DNA of 57,788 nt from a virus (IMGVR_UViG_3300033076_000814:1-57788), one strand, 5' to 3'; counted from the stretch's first letter, positions 38,195-48,294 are shown. Notes: generated from the letters alone by a model not told the origin. Made by a program: numbers and translations.

Positions 38195-38227
38195 AAAGGC
38201 AGAGGCAGTAGCCTTTGCCTTTTTTTT
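38195..38227 (+). terminator. Intrinsic terminator
   Basis: aaggcagaggc-agta-gcctttgcctt followed by a T run. Confidence 0.9.
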
Positions 38228-38241
38228 ATTAAATTCAAATC

Positions 38242-38781
38242 ATGAAGACAAGAAAGCCAGAGAGAACAGATGAAAAAAAGAAGCGTATTACCTTACTTGG
38301 GGTAATTGCTAATGGATCAACTTCTGATGCAAGAAAATTGTTGAAGAAATATGATCAGCCAGATGCAATCAATCATGAGGATTTGGAGTACAAGTTGACT
38401 AAACTTTATTACGATACTCCAGATAAACTGGCACTTGAAAAAGAACTTGCGGAAATCCATCCGCACAAAGATTTTATCACAAAATATATCAAGCCAGAAC
38501 CGATCAAAGAAGAAACAATTTTGGATGAAAAATTTTCAACAAGCCAAGCTATTGGGTGTAGATGTAACCAAATTGGTTGTCCAGATTGCGAGGATCGTTT
38601 AGGTAGAACAAAAAAATCCAATGCTTGTGGATGTTCCTCATTTGAGGGAAATTCCAACGCTAATGGATCAGCAATTACAACAGAGCCATCGAACAAAGAA
38701 ATGGCTATTGGTAGTGGTATTTTATTGGTGGGAATGTTAGGAATAATTACTATATTCGCATTAAGTATCAATAAACAATGA
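38242..38781 (+). CDS. Cys-rich protein with C-terminal TM anchor
   Basis: EIHPHKD; CRC...CPDC...SNACGCSSFEGNSNANG; C-terminal TM. Confidence 0.7.
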   Translation: MKTRKPERTDEKKKRITLLGVIANGSTSDARKLLKKYDQPDAINHEDLEYKLTKLYYDTPDKLALEKELAEIHPHKDFITKYIKPEPIKEETILDEKFSTSQAIGCRCNQIGCPDCEDRLGRTKKSNACGCSSFEGNSNANGSAITTEPSNKEMAIGSGILLVGMLGIITIFALSINKQ

Positions 38782-39230
38782 TTGTAGTTGCAAAAGAAGA
38801 TTTACCAGTTTTAATCAACAATGACGAACATCGTAATTTCGTTGAAACTGACAAAATAATTCCGAAAGGAACAACCCTTGATGGTGAATTTATGAACATA
38901 AAAGGGTTAAGGAGAGGAAAAGAGTTTACCTATCGAGTTTTTAAAGACAAAGATGGGATTATTGTTTACGAAAAAAATATAGAACCTATGATGAAGTTTT
39001 CAAAAGCAGAGGGTGACACAAGAGTAATTGATATGCCAAGTGTAAAAGGAAACGCAAGAACTCATGCAATTGTTTCTGGTGTTTCTGGTGTAATTGCATT
39101 TGCAGTTGCAAAGCGTATGGGCAAAACTAATAAATCAGCATTTATTATTGCTGGTGTTACTGCCTTAGTTGGGTATGGTGTTGCCTCAATGGTTACATCT
39201 CAAAAGAACATTACTTACAAAAACGCATAA
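38778..39230 (+). CDS. Membrane protein with two C-terminal TM helices
   Basis: Hydrophobic helices after FSKAEG. Confidence 0.7.
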   Translation: MIVVAKEDLPVLINNDEHRNFVETDKIIPKGTTLDGEFMNIKGLRRGKEFTYRVFKDKDGIIVYEKNIEPMMKFSKAEGDTRVIDMPSVKGNARTHAIVSGVSGVIAFAVAKRMGKTNKSAFIIAGVTALVGYGVASMVTSQKNITYKNA

Positions 39231-39231
39231 A

Positions 39232-40467
39232 ATGGATTACAATACTATTGAAATCAATTTAGAGCCATCTGGATCAGCCGAAACAAGAGTTTCTACATCT
39301 TATGAAGATGCGTTTCTTGGAGGTAGTTCAGAGGAAATGTCCAATGCCAAAGGTAAGGGCAGAGCCAGAAGAAAAAAACGCAAATTAGAAAAGATTTCTA
39401 ACAAGCGTGAAGTTCGTACTGAAAGACGAAAGCTGAAAGGTGATCGTGATGAAGAACGCATTGCGAGAAGAAAAAAACGCAAATCTGGAAGACAAGATAT
39501 TCGTGATGATCAGCAAGATGCCAGAATGTCACGAAGAAACAAACGCAGAGAAGATCGTGAAAATCGTAAAGGTAATGAGCCAGAAACAGACGAAGACGAA
39601 GAAGAAGTAAAAACTACTCCAGACACATCGGAAGACGAAGACGAAGATACTGGAACTGATAGTGGTTCTTACACATCGGAAGACGAAGACGAAGATACTG
39701 GATCAGAAGATGATGGATCAGACGAAGAAACGGATGACGAAGAAACGGATGACGAAGAAGAAAACTTCTCTGGTCGTAATTATGACTTTGATGGTGAAGC
39801 GGATGGATTTATTTCAGAAGCAACTGGAGAAAGTGGTATTCCCCCAATTATTCAAGAGATTTGCATGAAGATCGAATGGAATAATGAAATGTTAATGCGT
39901 TTGGCACAACAAAAGAAAAAAATGTTGGCTGATGGTCGTGATGTTTCAAAAGTTGACGATGCAATCAATAACAAATTTGATCGTGTTCAACAATTAGAGG
40001 GTAAACTTGAAAACTTTACTGGTGCTGATGGAAGAAAGGCGGTTTCTGGACACCAAGTTCTTAAAGCGAAAAAAATTGCCAGAAAAGAAAGAATTGAGAA
40101 AGTTGGCAATGTTATTCCTCCAGTTTTGTTATCAAAATTGTTGAAAAAAGGTATTTCAAAAGCACAAGCACAAAAATGGTGGTCAACCAAAGGGAAACAT
40201 CGTTTTGGAAAAGCTAAATCAAGTTTTGATGGTGCTGATGATTTACAAGATAGAGTAATTTTTACCGATGAGCCAGTTGATGTATCTAACTGGGGTTCTC
40301 CAGCACATGATATTGATATTGATTTGGGTGCAAATGGTGGTTTCGAGCCAATGTCTTTCGCTACTGGAGAAAAATCAAATAATTTTTGGAAATCATTGAT
40401 CATTGGAGTAGTTGTTGGTGGAACATTAATTTATGTTGTCCGCAAGTACAAATTACTTAAAGGATAA
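39232..40467 (+). CDS. Protein with Arg/Lys-rich and Asp/Glu-rich tracts and C-terminal TM (possible DNA-condensing membrane protein)
   Basis: ATG 39232; KGRARRKKRK tract, EDED repeats, TM SLIIGVVVGGTLIYVVRKYK. Confidence 0.7.
   Translation: MDYNTIEINLEPSGSAETRVSTSYEDAFLGGSSEEMSNAKGKGRARRKKRKLEKISNKREVRTERRKLKGDRDEERIARRKKRKSGRQDIRDDQQDARMSRRNKRREDRENRKGNEPETDEDEEEVKTTPDTSEDEDEDTGTDSGSYTSEDEDEDTGSEDDGSDEETDDEETDDEEENFSGRNYDFDGEADGFISEATGESGIPPIIQEICMKIEWNNEMLMRLAQQKKKMLADGRDVSKVDDAINNKFDRVQQLEGKLENFTGADGRKAVSGHQVLKAKKIARKERIEKVGNVIPPVLLSKLLKKGISKAQAQKWWSTKGKHRFGKAKSSFDGADDLQDRVIFTDEPVDVSNWGSPAHDIDIDLGANGGFEPMSFATGEKSNNFWKSLIIGVVVGGTLIYVVRKYKLLKG
39623..39702 (+). repeat. 32-bp direct repeat x2 in an acidic coding tract
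   Basis: acacatcggaagacgaagacgaagatactgga at 39623 and 39671. Confidence 0.9.
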
Positions 40468-40470
40468 ACC

Positions 40471-40746
40471 ATGATCTCGGTTTACAAAACGCTATACAAC
40501 CCATACAATCCTAATGCTGAATATCAAAAGCAACATGGGGTATGGGTTAAAAGGCTAAAAGGCAGTAAAGGAGCATGGAATACTCTTGATCCAGATGGAG
40601 CAAAAATATTGGATAAACTTTTCAAGGGAAAGGGTAAATTATTTTTTTATTCGGATACTTTGAAATATGGTTCAATAGCAATCATCTTAGGAATTGGAAT
40701 TTACGCATATACCAAATTTGGCAAAAATGTATCAAATAAGAAATAA
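40471..40746 (+). CDS. Small protein with C-terminal TM anchor
   Basis: YGSIAIILGIGIYAYTK. Confidence 0.7.
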   Translation: MISVYKTLYNPYNPNAEYQKQHGVWVKRLKGSKGAWNTLDPDGAKILDKLFKGKGKLFFYSDTLKYGSIAIILGIGIYAYTKFGKNVSNKK

Positions 40747-41338
40747 GCATAACAGAATAATGGCAAAAATGGGAGAGGTTATGGCACATAACCATTCTGA
40801 TTTTGTTGATATGCTGGATACTGCAAATGTTTCTGCATCTGAATACGATGCCCCAGAAGTTCTGGCGGAAAAATATGTCGATGAACTACCTCATAATGAT
40901 CAGTTAAGAGTTTTGACTGCTTACATGGTAGCTGATAAGGATGCATCCAACTTTGATGGGAATATTTCCAATGATGATGTGTATGCAAATTTTAATGCTA
41001 TTCATGATTATTGGAATAATGATGATTTCTCAAATGCTGGAGGCGTTGTTGGTGCAATTGCTGGGGCAGTTGGTGAGGGTGCGAAACTTGGAGGTAAAAT
41101 TGTTGAGGGGAGGCAAAATAAGAAGTATGGAGCAACAAATGTTGCCCAGAAAAAAGCGGATGCAAAACAAGAACTTTTGAAATCAGTTATTGCTCAAAAA
41201 CAAGCCAAAGCAGAAGCAGAAAAGCAAAAAGCCGAAGCCAAATCTAAAACTACCAGAATGATAATCATTGGAGGCAGTATCTTGTTTGGTTTAATAGCCA
41301 TAGGAACTACTATCTATTTTGTAAGAAAAAGAAAATGA
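40727..41338 (+). CDS. C-terminally anchored protein with internal SNAGG motif and amphipathic Gly-rich segment
   Basis: FSNAGGVVGAIAGAVGEGAKLGG; TM followed by RKRK; start at 40727 or 40760. Confidence 0.7.
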   Translation: MYQIRNKHNRIMAKMGEVMAHNHSDFVDMLDTANVSASEYDAPEVLAEKYVDELPHNDQLRVLTAYMVADKDASNFDGNISNDDVYANFNAIHDYWNNDDFSNAGGVVGAIAGAVGEGAKLGGKIVEGRQNKKYGATNVAQKKADAKQELLKSVIAQKQAKAEAEKQKAEAKSKTTRMIIIGGSILFGLIAIGTTIYFVRKRK

Positions 41339-41442
41339 GAAAGGTTTTATCTTTTATTGCGGTTGCTGGATTGCTTTATGCAGTTTATAAAACTTATCAA
41401 ACCCAGAAAAGTAAAAGGGTTGAAATTAAAATTATTGATTAA
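41335..41442 (+). CDS. Small membrane protein, 35 aa (not in ORF track)
   Basis: MRKVLSFIAVAGLLYAVYKTYQ...; overlaps both neighbours. Confidence 0.65.
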   Translation: MRKVLSFIAVAGLLYAVYKTYQTQKSKRVEIKIID

Positions 41443-41771
41443 TGAAAACAAAAAATATTTTAGTAATTACTGGGGTTGCTCTTTTGATTGCTGGTGGTGT
41501 TTACTACTTTGCAGTAATTAAAAAAAGATCAACAGAGGCACAATTCGATGCTTTTAAAGATAAGTCATTGAAAACTGGATGGGATATGTTTCTGAAAGTT
41601 ACTCCAGAAAAAGAAGCCGAAGTAAAAATGAAGTGGTTAAAAAACTTAACCAAATCAGAGGCAGAAAAATTGATTGAACTGGCTTCAAAAAAGGAAAAAG
41701 AAATGTCGGTTTCCGAGTTAATGGAAACAAAACAATTGATTTCCAAATGGCTTAATGGATCAAAAAAATAA
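41442..41771 (+). CDS. N-terminally anchored membrane protein
   Basis: ILVITGVALLIAGGVYYFAVIKKR. Confidence 0.7.
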   Translation: MKTKNILVITGVALLIAGGVYYFAVIKKRSTEAQFDAFKDKSLKTGWDMFLKVTPEKEAEVKMKWLKNLTKSEAEKLIELASKKEKEMSVSELMETKQLISKWLNGSKK

Positions 41772-41777
41772 ACAAGG

Positions 41778-42287
41778 ATGAAAAAGACTTATATTTTAAC
41801 AAGAGATATAAATTGTCCAGTAGTTGCAACTGGAGGAACTGCTCATAAGCAAACCCAGATGCGAATGAAAAGATTTCGCAAAGGTCAACTTATTCAAGGT
41901 GAGTTAAAACATTCTAACAATCAACCAGCGTTTATTTTGGTTGGTCGTATGTGTGTTATTCCAATTGATGCAGTTAAAGAAATTCAAGGCAAGGATGTGA
42001 CTTCAAAATTTTCTGGATCAGACATGGATCAAAAGAAAACTCCAGTTCAACCAGCACCACTTCAAAGTAGTAATCCAAAAGTAAAATACATGGATGCATT
42101 ATTGATTGGAGGGTTAATTGGTTTTATTGCAGTTCATTTTGCAGAGAAAAAAGGATACATTACCTCCGAAGACAATAAGAACAAAATGTATGGTGCAATC
42201 GGTGGTGCTATTTTAGGAGCATACTTAGTGTATCGTCATGAGAGTTCAAAGAAAGTTGTTATTAACAAACCAGTTCCGAAACAATGA
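41778..42287 (+). CDS. Membrane protein with two C-terminal TM helices
   Basis: ALLIGGLIGFIAV and MYGAIGGAILGAYLVY. Confidence 0.7.
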   Translation: MKKTYILTRDINCPVVATGGTAHKQTQMRMKRFRKGQLIQGELKHSNNQPAFILVGRMCVIPIDAVKEIQGKDVTSKFSGSDMDQKKTPVQPAPLQSSNPKVKYMDALLIGGLIGFIAVHFAEKKGYITSEDNKNKMYGAIGGAILGAYLVYRHESSKKVVINKPVPKQ

Positions 42288-42631
42288 TTACAATAGAAAC
42301 AAAAAAACCAGTATATTCTAATGCTGGAGGCAAAACTCCAGAACAGAAAAAAGCCAACCGCCAAAAGGCATTGGATCAAACAAGAAAAATTTACACAAAA
42401 GGTAAAGAAACTGGTATTCTTGCTGGTGTTGAAAATTTATTCTTAGGCAACAAAAATCCAATGGGATCAGCAGATACTTATTCTGGTGATGGTAGTGGAT
42501 CAGATGATAAATCTGGTAAAGACAAAACACCAATGAACCCAGCTTTAAAATGGGGGTTAATTGTTGGTGGTGTTGCGGTTGTAGGTGTAGCAGTATGGTA
42601 CTTCGGTTTCCGTACTAAAAAATCAGCTTAA
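42284..42631 (+). CDS. C-terminally anchored membrane protein
   Basis: PVYSNAGG near the N-terminus; TM WGLIVGGVAVVGVAVWYF. Confidence 0.7.
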   Translation: MITIETKKPVYSNAGGKTPEQKKANRQKALDQTRKIYTKGKETGILAGVENLFLGNKNPMGSADTYSGDGSGSDDKSGKDKTPMNPALKWGLIVGGVAVVGVAVWYFGFRTKKSA

Positions 42632-42635
42632 TATC

Positions 42636-43412
42636 ATGGAACAAAAATGGGAAACGAATGGCAGAGCCATGTCGCTTGATGTTTCTATCAAATGCGAGGG
42701 TAAATGCCGTTTTAGAGTAATTGCTTCTGATTTTAAGAAGAACTCAAAGTATGCAGATCGTACTATTGAGGTTTCTGGTTTTAGAACTATCTATCTTTCG
42801 TTTCCTACATCTCCGCAAGAGATGAGAATAGTTGTAACTCCAATTGATAATAAAGTTGATTACATAGTAAACATTAAGGAAAGAACCCTTAAAACTTATG
42901 CAATCACTACCGATGCTGAAACAAAAAAGTTCGTTAAATTTGCCCAGCAGTTTACTGCACAATGCGGATATGAACAAGCATCTCCAAGAGGGCGTTATTT
43001 TACGAATGGTGACAAGTATTTTAAAATTAAATACTTCCCATACATAACGCAAGATGGTAAGGTGTCAACAACTCCAGCCAGAATTGGACATACAACTGGA
43101 ACAATTGAAGTTTCAAAGGCACACATGGATCGTTACACAATTGCTATGCGTATGTGTATTTTGCTTCATGAGTTCTCTCATGTGTATAGAAATCCAAAAA
43201 TGGATTTGGCAATTGAAAACGAAGTTGGAGCAGACTTAAATGCCTTGTATATTTACTTGGGATTAGGCTATTCCAAAGTCGATGCTATTTATGTGTTTGC
43301 GAATGTGTTTTTAAAAGCACAGACAAGAGGAAATATGGATCGCATGAGAAAAATCATGGATTACATTAAAAGATTTGAAAACGAAGAATTTGCAAAAATT
43401 CGCACTATATGA
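42636..43412 (+). CDS. Zincin (gluzincin-type) metallopeptidase, candidate maturation protease
   Basis: ILLHEFSHVY followed by ENEVGADLNA (HExxH...ExxAD). Confidence 0.7.
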   Translation: MEQKWETNGRAMSLDVSIKCEGKCRFRVIASDFKKNSKYADRTIEVSGFRTIYLSFPTSPQEMRIVVTPIDNKVDYIVNIKERTLKTYAITTDAETKKFVKFAQQFTAQCGYEQASPRGRYFTNGDKYFKIKYFPYITQDGKVSTTPARIGHTTGTIEVSKAHMDRYTIAMRMCILLHEFSHVYRNPKMDLAIENEVGADLNALYIYLGLGYSKVDAIYVFANVFLKAQTRGNMDRMRKIMDYIKRFENEEFAKIRTI

Positions 43413-44371
43413 GAAATTGGGGTGAACATATTGATGATTGGGGTAATGAAGATTACGACAATCTTTTTTCTATGGGAGAAGATAACCTTGACGATTTCGA
43501 TGGTGAAGCCGAAAATGATGATGATTTAATGGAAATAACAGAGATTGATTTCAGTAATATCTCTGGAAAAACCAAGAAAGAAAAACTCAAAAAGATCACC
43601 AGAAAAACCACAAAAGCGAAGATAGTTCCGAAAAAAAAAAGATTGCAACATCCGACACAAAAAACAAAGCGGATAGTTGCTAATCCTAATGAGGTCATTA
43701 AGTTTAAAAATCAAAAGGGTAAAACGACAAATACACAGATCAGACTTCCAGATAATCGAGAAGTAATGATTACTGGGGTAAATAGTTTTATCTTGACACA
43801 AGATGATAAAAACAATGCTCAAAAGAATATTGGATACTATAAAGGTGAAAAATTAAGTGAGTTAGTATTGATTTTTAACAATACAACTCCGAATGATTTA
43901 GACATTGAATTATTCAACCCATCTTCGCCTTTAGATTTTCTTTACTCAACAAGCCAGAACTTGAATAATCAAATTTTGGTTAACGGAAATACGGATGTTT
44001 CTTACTCTGATCTTTTGTTTAATTTGTTGGCAAACCCAACAATTATTCCAAATGCAAAATTTGTCGTATCTGGAGTTCAAAAACAAGCACAGATAAATCA
44101 GCCAATGATTTTCCGCAACAAAAATATTTCCAGCTTTCAAAAAATCATGCCGATCCAAAATGCATTAAACATTGACATTGATCAGCAACAAAAAGATATT
44201 TTGTACTGGAACATTGAAGAAACTTTAAACAGAGTGTTCATTCCAGATGGGATGGACACAATGAAGTATAAAGTTCTTGCTGGAAATTCGGTAATTTTTG
44301 GCTTTTACTATAAACAAATCCAACTAAAAAAAGTATTTTGGGAGGAAGCAAGAAATAAAGGTATATTGTAA
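43409..44371 (+). CDS. Paralogue of the capsid candidate with acidic and basic N-terminal extensions
   Basis: LIFNNTT..DLDIELF...SYSDLL...KF...Q..Q...QQQKDIL...DG aligns by eye with 37433-38173. Confidence 0.55.
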   Translation: MRNWGEHIDDWGNEDYDNLFSMGEDNLDDFDGEAENDDDLMEITEIDFSNISGKTKKEKLKKITRKTTKAKIVPKKKRLQHPTQKTKRIVANPNEVIKFKNQKGKTTNTQIRLPDNREVMITGVNSFILTQDDKNNAQKNIGYYKGEKLSELVLIFNNTTPNDLDIELFNPSSPLDFLYSTSQNLNNQILVNGNTDVSYSDLLFNLLANPTIIPNAKFVVSGVQKQAQINQPMIFRNKNISSFQKIMPIQNALNIDIDQQQKDILYWNIEETLNRVFIPDGMDTMKYKVLAGNSVIFGFYYKQIQLKKVFWEEARNKGIL

Positions 44372-46617
44372 TGGAGTTGAATAGCACATTTTATGCAAAT
44401 GTTTCCAGAACCATTAGTGGTCTGGCAAATGTAGTATTTCCAAATGATGTAATTATCGTTTGTGATACATCATTGGGTGCGGTTAATCTTTTACTTGCAG
44501 ACATTCCATCTGGAGCATGGAACACAACTTATAAGTTGTATGTTCAAGATAATGGTTCTGCATCTACCAACAATATCACCATTACCGCACCAACTGGTTA
44601 TACCATAAATGGTCAACCAACTTTGGTTATTAGTTCGGATAATGCAAATGCAATTATTCGTATTGCACAAGACAAATCTTATTTAGCAGTTTTGACATCT
44701 GGTTCTGGAGGTGGTTTGGCAGTTTTAAATCAATCAATACCTTTGGTTGCATCTGCCACCTCAATGAATTTTTTGGGTATTGAAGCATCCGCAGTTGGAT
44801 CGGCAGTAACAATAAAAAATGCGTTCATTTCTGGTTCTTTGGCGGATATTAGTATTTTGATTTCAAATAATGAATTAATACCAAATCAATGGTACAACAT
44901 TCAAGATGCATTTTATGGCTATTTTAACCATAAGTTTAATGTGTATGTTCCAGCCATATCAAGTAATGGTTTGAGCAACTTTGGAATTGGAGAATTTTTT
45001 GATGCAGATTATGAACAACAAGGTGATTATTCTGGAGTTTCTGGCTATGCTGGACAATTGGGTATTTGGACAAATTCTCTTACACCAGTCATAGGAAATG
45101 TTTGTATTTGGAATAATTTACATTATGTCAATAATACTGGTGTGAACACGATAATTGATCCATCTTCTGATCCAACTAATTGGTCTGAATTACCATACTC
45201 ATCAAAAAATGGATACATTGTTGTTTATGATCAAATCATTTATGGATTTAAAAACAGAATTTGGTTTAGAAAAGATAAATTCAACAATGAAGTAGAGCAT
45301 TACGATATTGTAGGATTAACTTCTTTCGATAGATTTCCATTTGGAAATGGAAAGGTGTTTAGCAATAAAGTTTTGAATAATTCTTATTGGAATTTCTGTA
45401 ATACAATTATTGCATCAGATGTTCAAAATAATACTTTGCTCCACACCGAGTTGTATTGGACAACATTAGCAAATGTTAAGACTTGCTCATCCAATAATTT
45501 TACTGGAACAATAAGACCTTTGGATTGGAGAAATGGTCATCCAGAACTCCAAATAATGCAAAACAATTTCAGTTTTTGTCAAGGGGTTTCATTTCTTGAA
45601 AATTGCAAACTTGAACTAAACAATTTTGTAAATTCATCAATTGCATTAACACTAAAAGGATGCATTGTTTCCAGTAATTCAACAATTGGATCATCTATTG
45701 GTTTTGAAAAAACACATTCGATTTTTAGTCGTAACAATTTGATTTATTCAAATTGGGTAATGACTACATCATCTGGATCAGAAACAGATAATAATGTGGA
45801 AAATAGTCAGATTAATATTGGAACAAATGATGGTATTATTCAATATAATAACATTAATCAGTTTTCAACTTTAACTATAACATCAATAACTGCATCTGGA
45901 TTGCTTAATTATAACACCATTACTGGCAAAACAAGTTTTGGTATGGCAAGTTTGGATGCAAACTTTGGGGCATCTGGAGTAAAAGGAACTGGGAATACTT
46001 TTAGTAATTGTGATATTCAAATATCAACATTTATTGGTGAATTTTTTGCGAATACAATGGTTCAAATACAAATTATCATTAATAAATTTACTGGAACTAT
46101 TGCGAGATGTGAATTTTTCGGATCAAGTCAAATTACCATTGAGGACATGACCAATAAAACAATGATTGGTATTCAAGCTAAACAATTTATTTATGGATCA
46201 ATTGGTTATGTGATGCCTCAAAGTTATACTGGTGGAGTTTATTTAAATGGATTAGCAACAATTAATTGTACAATCGATTGCTCTGATCCAGCAATATATG
46301 ATTTGCCAAGTCAAACATTGATTATACCAACTGAATTAAGAAGTTGGGGTGGTATTTTTACATTGTCAAACGCAAATGGCTTAACCATAAAAAAAGTATT
46401 AAATACTACCGAAGATGCTCCGTACACATTTTTTAATGATAATGGTTCGACAACTTTTAGCACAACAAATGTTGCTGGTGCGGTAAATGGTGAAATGATC
46501 AGTAATGTTATTCCAACTGGATTTACAATAAATTATAGGCTAAATGGTTCAGACTACATTGTTACTAATCGTGTCGGATTGTTGGTGGCGTTAACTGAAA
46601 TAAATATCTTTATATAA
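44371..46617 (+). CDS. Probable spike/receptor-binding protein with beta-helix-like Asn/Ser/Thr-rich repeats
   Basis: 748 aa, low charge, recurring xNNx/NT turns; N-terminus resembles the 47457 and 47884 proteins. Confidence 0.55.
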   Translation: MELNSTFYANVSRTISGLANVVFPNDVIIVCDTSLGAVNLLLADIPSGAWNTTYKLYVQDNGSASTNNITITAPTGYTINGQPTLVISSDNANAIIRIAQDKSYLAVLTSGSGGGLAVLNQSIPLVASATSMNFLGIEASAVGSAVTIKNAFISGSLADISILISNNELIPNQWYNIQDAFYGYFNHKFNVYVPAISSNGLSNFGIGEFFDADYEQQGDYSGVSGYAGQLGIWTNSLTPVIGNVCIWNNLHYVNNTGVNTIIDPSSDPTNWSELPYSSKNGYIVVYDQIIYGFKNRIWFRKDKFNNEVEHYDIVGLTSFDRFPFGNGKVFSNKVLNNSYWNFCNTIIASDVQNNTLLHTELYWTTLANVKTCSSNNFTGTIRPLDWRNGHPELQIMQNNFSFCQGVSFLENCKLELNNFVNSSIALTLKGCIVSSNSTIGSSIGFEKTHSIFSRNNLIYSNWVMTTSSGSETDNNVENSQINIGTNDGIIQYNNINQFSTLTITSITASGLLNYNTITGKTSFGMASLDANFGASGVKGTGNTFSNCDIQISTFIGEFFANTMVQIQIIINKFTGTIARCEFFGSSQITIEDMTNKTMIGIQAKQFIYGSIGYVMPQSYTGGVYLNGLATINCTIDCSDPAIYDLPSQTLIIPTELRSWGGIFTLSNANGLTIKKVLNTTEDAPYTFFNDNGSTTFSTTNVAGAVNGEMISNVIPTGFTINYRLNGSDYIVTNRVGLLVALTEINIFI

Positions 46618-46638
46618 ATTTAAAATTTTAAAAATCAG

Positions 46639-47151
46639 ATGGCACAAAGTAAATGGGAAAAAGCAAGAGAAGTTTATACAAATCTTGATCCAAGAATAAG
46701 ACTTGTTGTTCAATTAGGATCGGTTGCTCTGGCAACATATATTGTTTACAAAGTCATCAAAGCTGGTAAACAAGCTAAATATGATAAATCCAATCGTAAT
46801 GAAATCCAAGCAAGTTCAAATGAACTTCAAGTTCTTAACCAGAACCCAGCAACGAAACAAAAAATAAGCAATGCACAAGCATCTGCATTTGCAAACAAAC
46901 TTTTTGCTTCAATGAATGGAAAAGGAACTTACGAAAATGAGATTATTTCGGTTTTCCGTAATATTTATAATGATGCAGATTTCCTTGCAATTCAAAAAGC
47001 GTTTGGAACTCGAACAATTGAAAGCCGAACATATTTTGTTCCAGATTTTAGAGGAACACTAATTCCTTGTTTGGCAGATGAACTTGATAGTGATTACACT
47101 AAACAGATCAACGAAATTTTAAGACGCAAAAAAATTAAGTACAGAGTATAA
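46639..47151 (+). CDS. Membrane-anchored protein with an annexin-like repeat
   Basis: ANKLFASMNGKGTYENEIISVF...FLAIQKAFG...TLIPCLADELDSDY matches the annexin repeat pattern. Confidence 0.6.
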   Translation: MAQSKWEKAREVYTNLDPRIRLVVQLGSVALATYIVYKVIKAGKQAKYDKSNRNEIQASSNELQVLNQNPATKQKISNAQASAFANKLFASMNGKGTYENEIISVFRNIYNDADFLAIQKAFGTRTIESRTYFVPDFRGTLIPCLADELDSDYTKQINEILRRKKIKYRV

Positions 47152-47161
47152 TTTTAATTCA

Positions 47162-47169
47162 TATATTTG
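47162..47169 (+). promoter_or_regulatory. Bacteroidota -7 promoter element
   Basis: TATATTTG 21 nt before ATG 47191. Confidence 0.55.
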
Positions 47170-47190
47170 TTTAACTAAAAAAAAAGAAAA

Positions 47191-47409
47191 ATGGCTTTTA
47201 TTCAAGACACAACCGCTAAAATTAAAGCGAACCCTTTATCAACTCTAACTGGTGGAGTTGCTGGATTTTTCATTGCCAAAAAAGTAATGAAAACGCCAAA
47301 CAAATATTACATGGTAGGTGCAATCATTGTTGGGGCATTAGCTGGTGCAATGATTTCTGCTTCTGTAAAGACAAAATCTGCTTCAAAATCCGTTGAGGTT
47401 AAAGCGTAA
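47191..47409 (+). CDS. Small Gly-rich two-TM membrane protein
   Basis: TLTGGVAGFFIA and MVGAIIVGALAGAMI. Confidence 0.7.
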   Translation: MAFIQDTTAKIKANPLSTLTGGVAGFFIAKKVMKTPNKYYMVGAIIVGALAGAMISASVKTKSASKSVEVKA

Positions 47410-47456
47410 ATAAATAAGTATTAGGAAATTATTTTAAAATTTAAAAATTAGAAAAC

Positions 47457-47879
47457 ATGGCTTTCGTTCCAAATTCTACAATGCAAAACCAAGCATTTGC
47501 AGTTATTCAGTTTGGTGTTGCAATTGCACCAACACTACAAGCACCAACCTTATTGACTTGTACAGACAATCAAGGCAATACAATCAAAAAAACAATTCTT
47601 GAAGTTGATGCTTCTGGAGGTCAAATTGACATTATGCTTCCAAGTATTGCAAGTTTGTCAAATGACTTAAACTGCGAAATTGATGTGGTTATTATTGAGG
47701 GTACTGGTGCGATCAATATTTTATCAAATATCGATCTTGGTACTGGTGTTCCATCTGGGGATACTATTGGTCAAACTGCAAATTTAAACATTGCTGGTGC
47801 AACATATACGATTGGTGCAGTTTTGACTTTTAAACCAGCTTATGAGGGGTTCTGGTCTTATTCTGTAACAGAGAATTAA
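47457..47879 (+). CDS. Beta-rich structural protein, tandem paralogue 1
   Basis: TCTDNQGNTIKKTILEVDASGG...FKPAYEGFWSYSVTEN. Confidence 0.7.
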   Translation: MAFVPNSTMQNQAFAVIQFGVAIAPTLQAPTLLTCTDNQGNTIKKTILEVDASGGQIDIMLPSIASLSNDLNCEIDVVIIEGTGAINILSNIDLGTGVPSGDTIGQTANLNIAGATYTIGAVLTFKPAYEGFWSYSVTEN

Positions 47880-47883
47880 GATA

Positions 47884-48294
47884 ATGCCAATCTATATTCC
47901 GATACAAAATCAATCTTTTATTAAGGTAGTTTCCTCTGGGGCAATTGCTCCAGAGGTAAATATGCCTTGCCTATTTACTTGCTTAGACAATCAAGGAAAT
48001 ACCATTAAAAAAACCATAGTAGAAATTGATGCTTCTGCTGGAGAGGTTTTTACTATGCTTCCAAGTATTGAAAGTTTGGCAAATGATTTGGATTGTGAAA
48101 TTAGTTGCATCATACTCGATAATTCAAACATTGTAAATTTTATCTCGTTTGATGATGGGGTAACACCTCCAGTAGATTTAATAGGTCAATCAACCAATTT
48201 ATCTATTGTGGCTGGAACTTATCATGCTGGTGTTGTAATAACATTTAAACCAGCTTATGATGGTTACTGGACATATTCTGTAACTGAAAATTAA
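47884..48294 (+). CDS. Beta-rich structural protein, tandem paralogue 2
   Basis: TCLDNQGNTIKKTIVEIDASAG...FKPAYDGYWTYSVTEN. Confidence 0.7.
   Translation: MPIYIPIQNQSFIKVVSSGAIAPEVNMPCLFTCLDNQGNTIKKTIVEIDASAGEVFTMLPSIESLANDLDCEISCIILDNSNIVNFISFDDGVTPPVDLIGQSTNLSIVAGTYHAGVVITFKPAYDGYWTYSVTEN

Noticed and set aside
39586-39760. Repeats resembling a CRISPR array
   Set aside because: Only two 32-bp copies plus short tandem units, all in frame in an acidic coding tract; no spacer series or cas genes.
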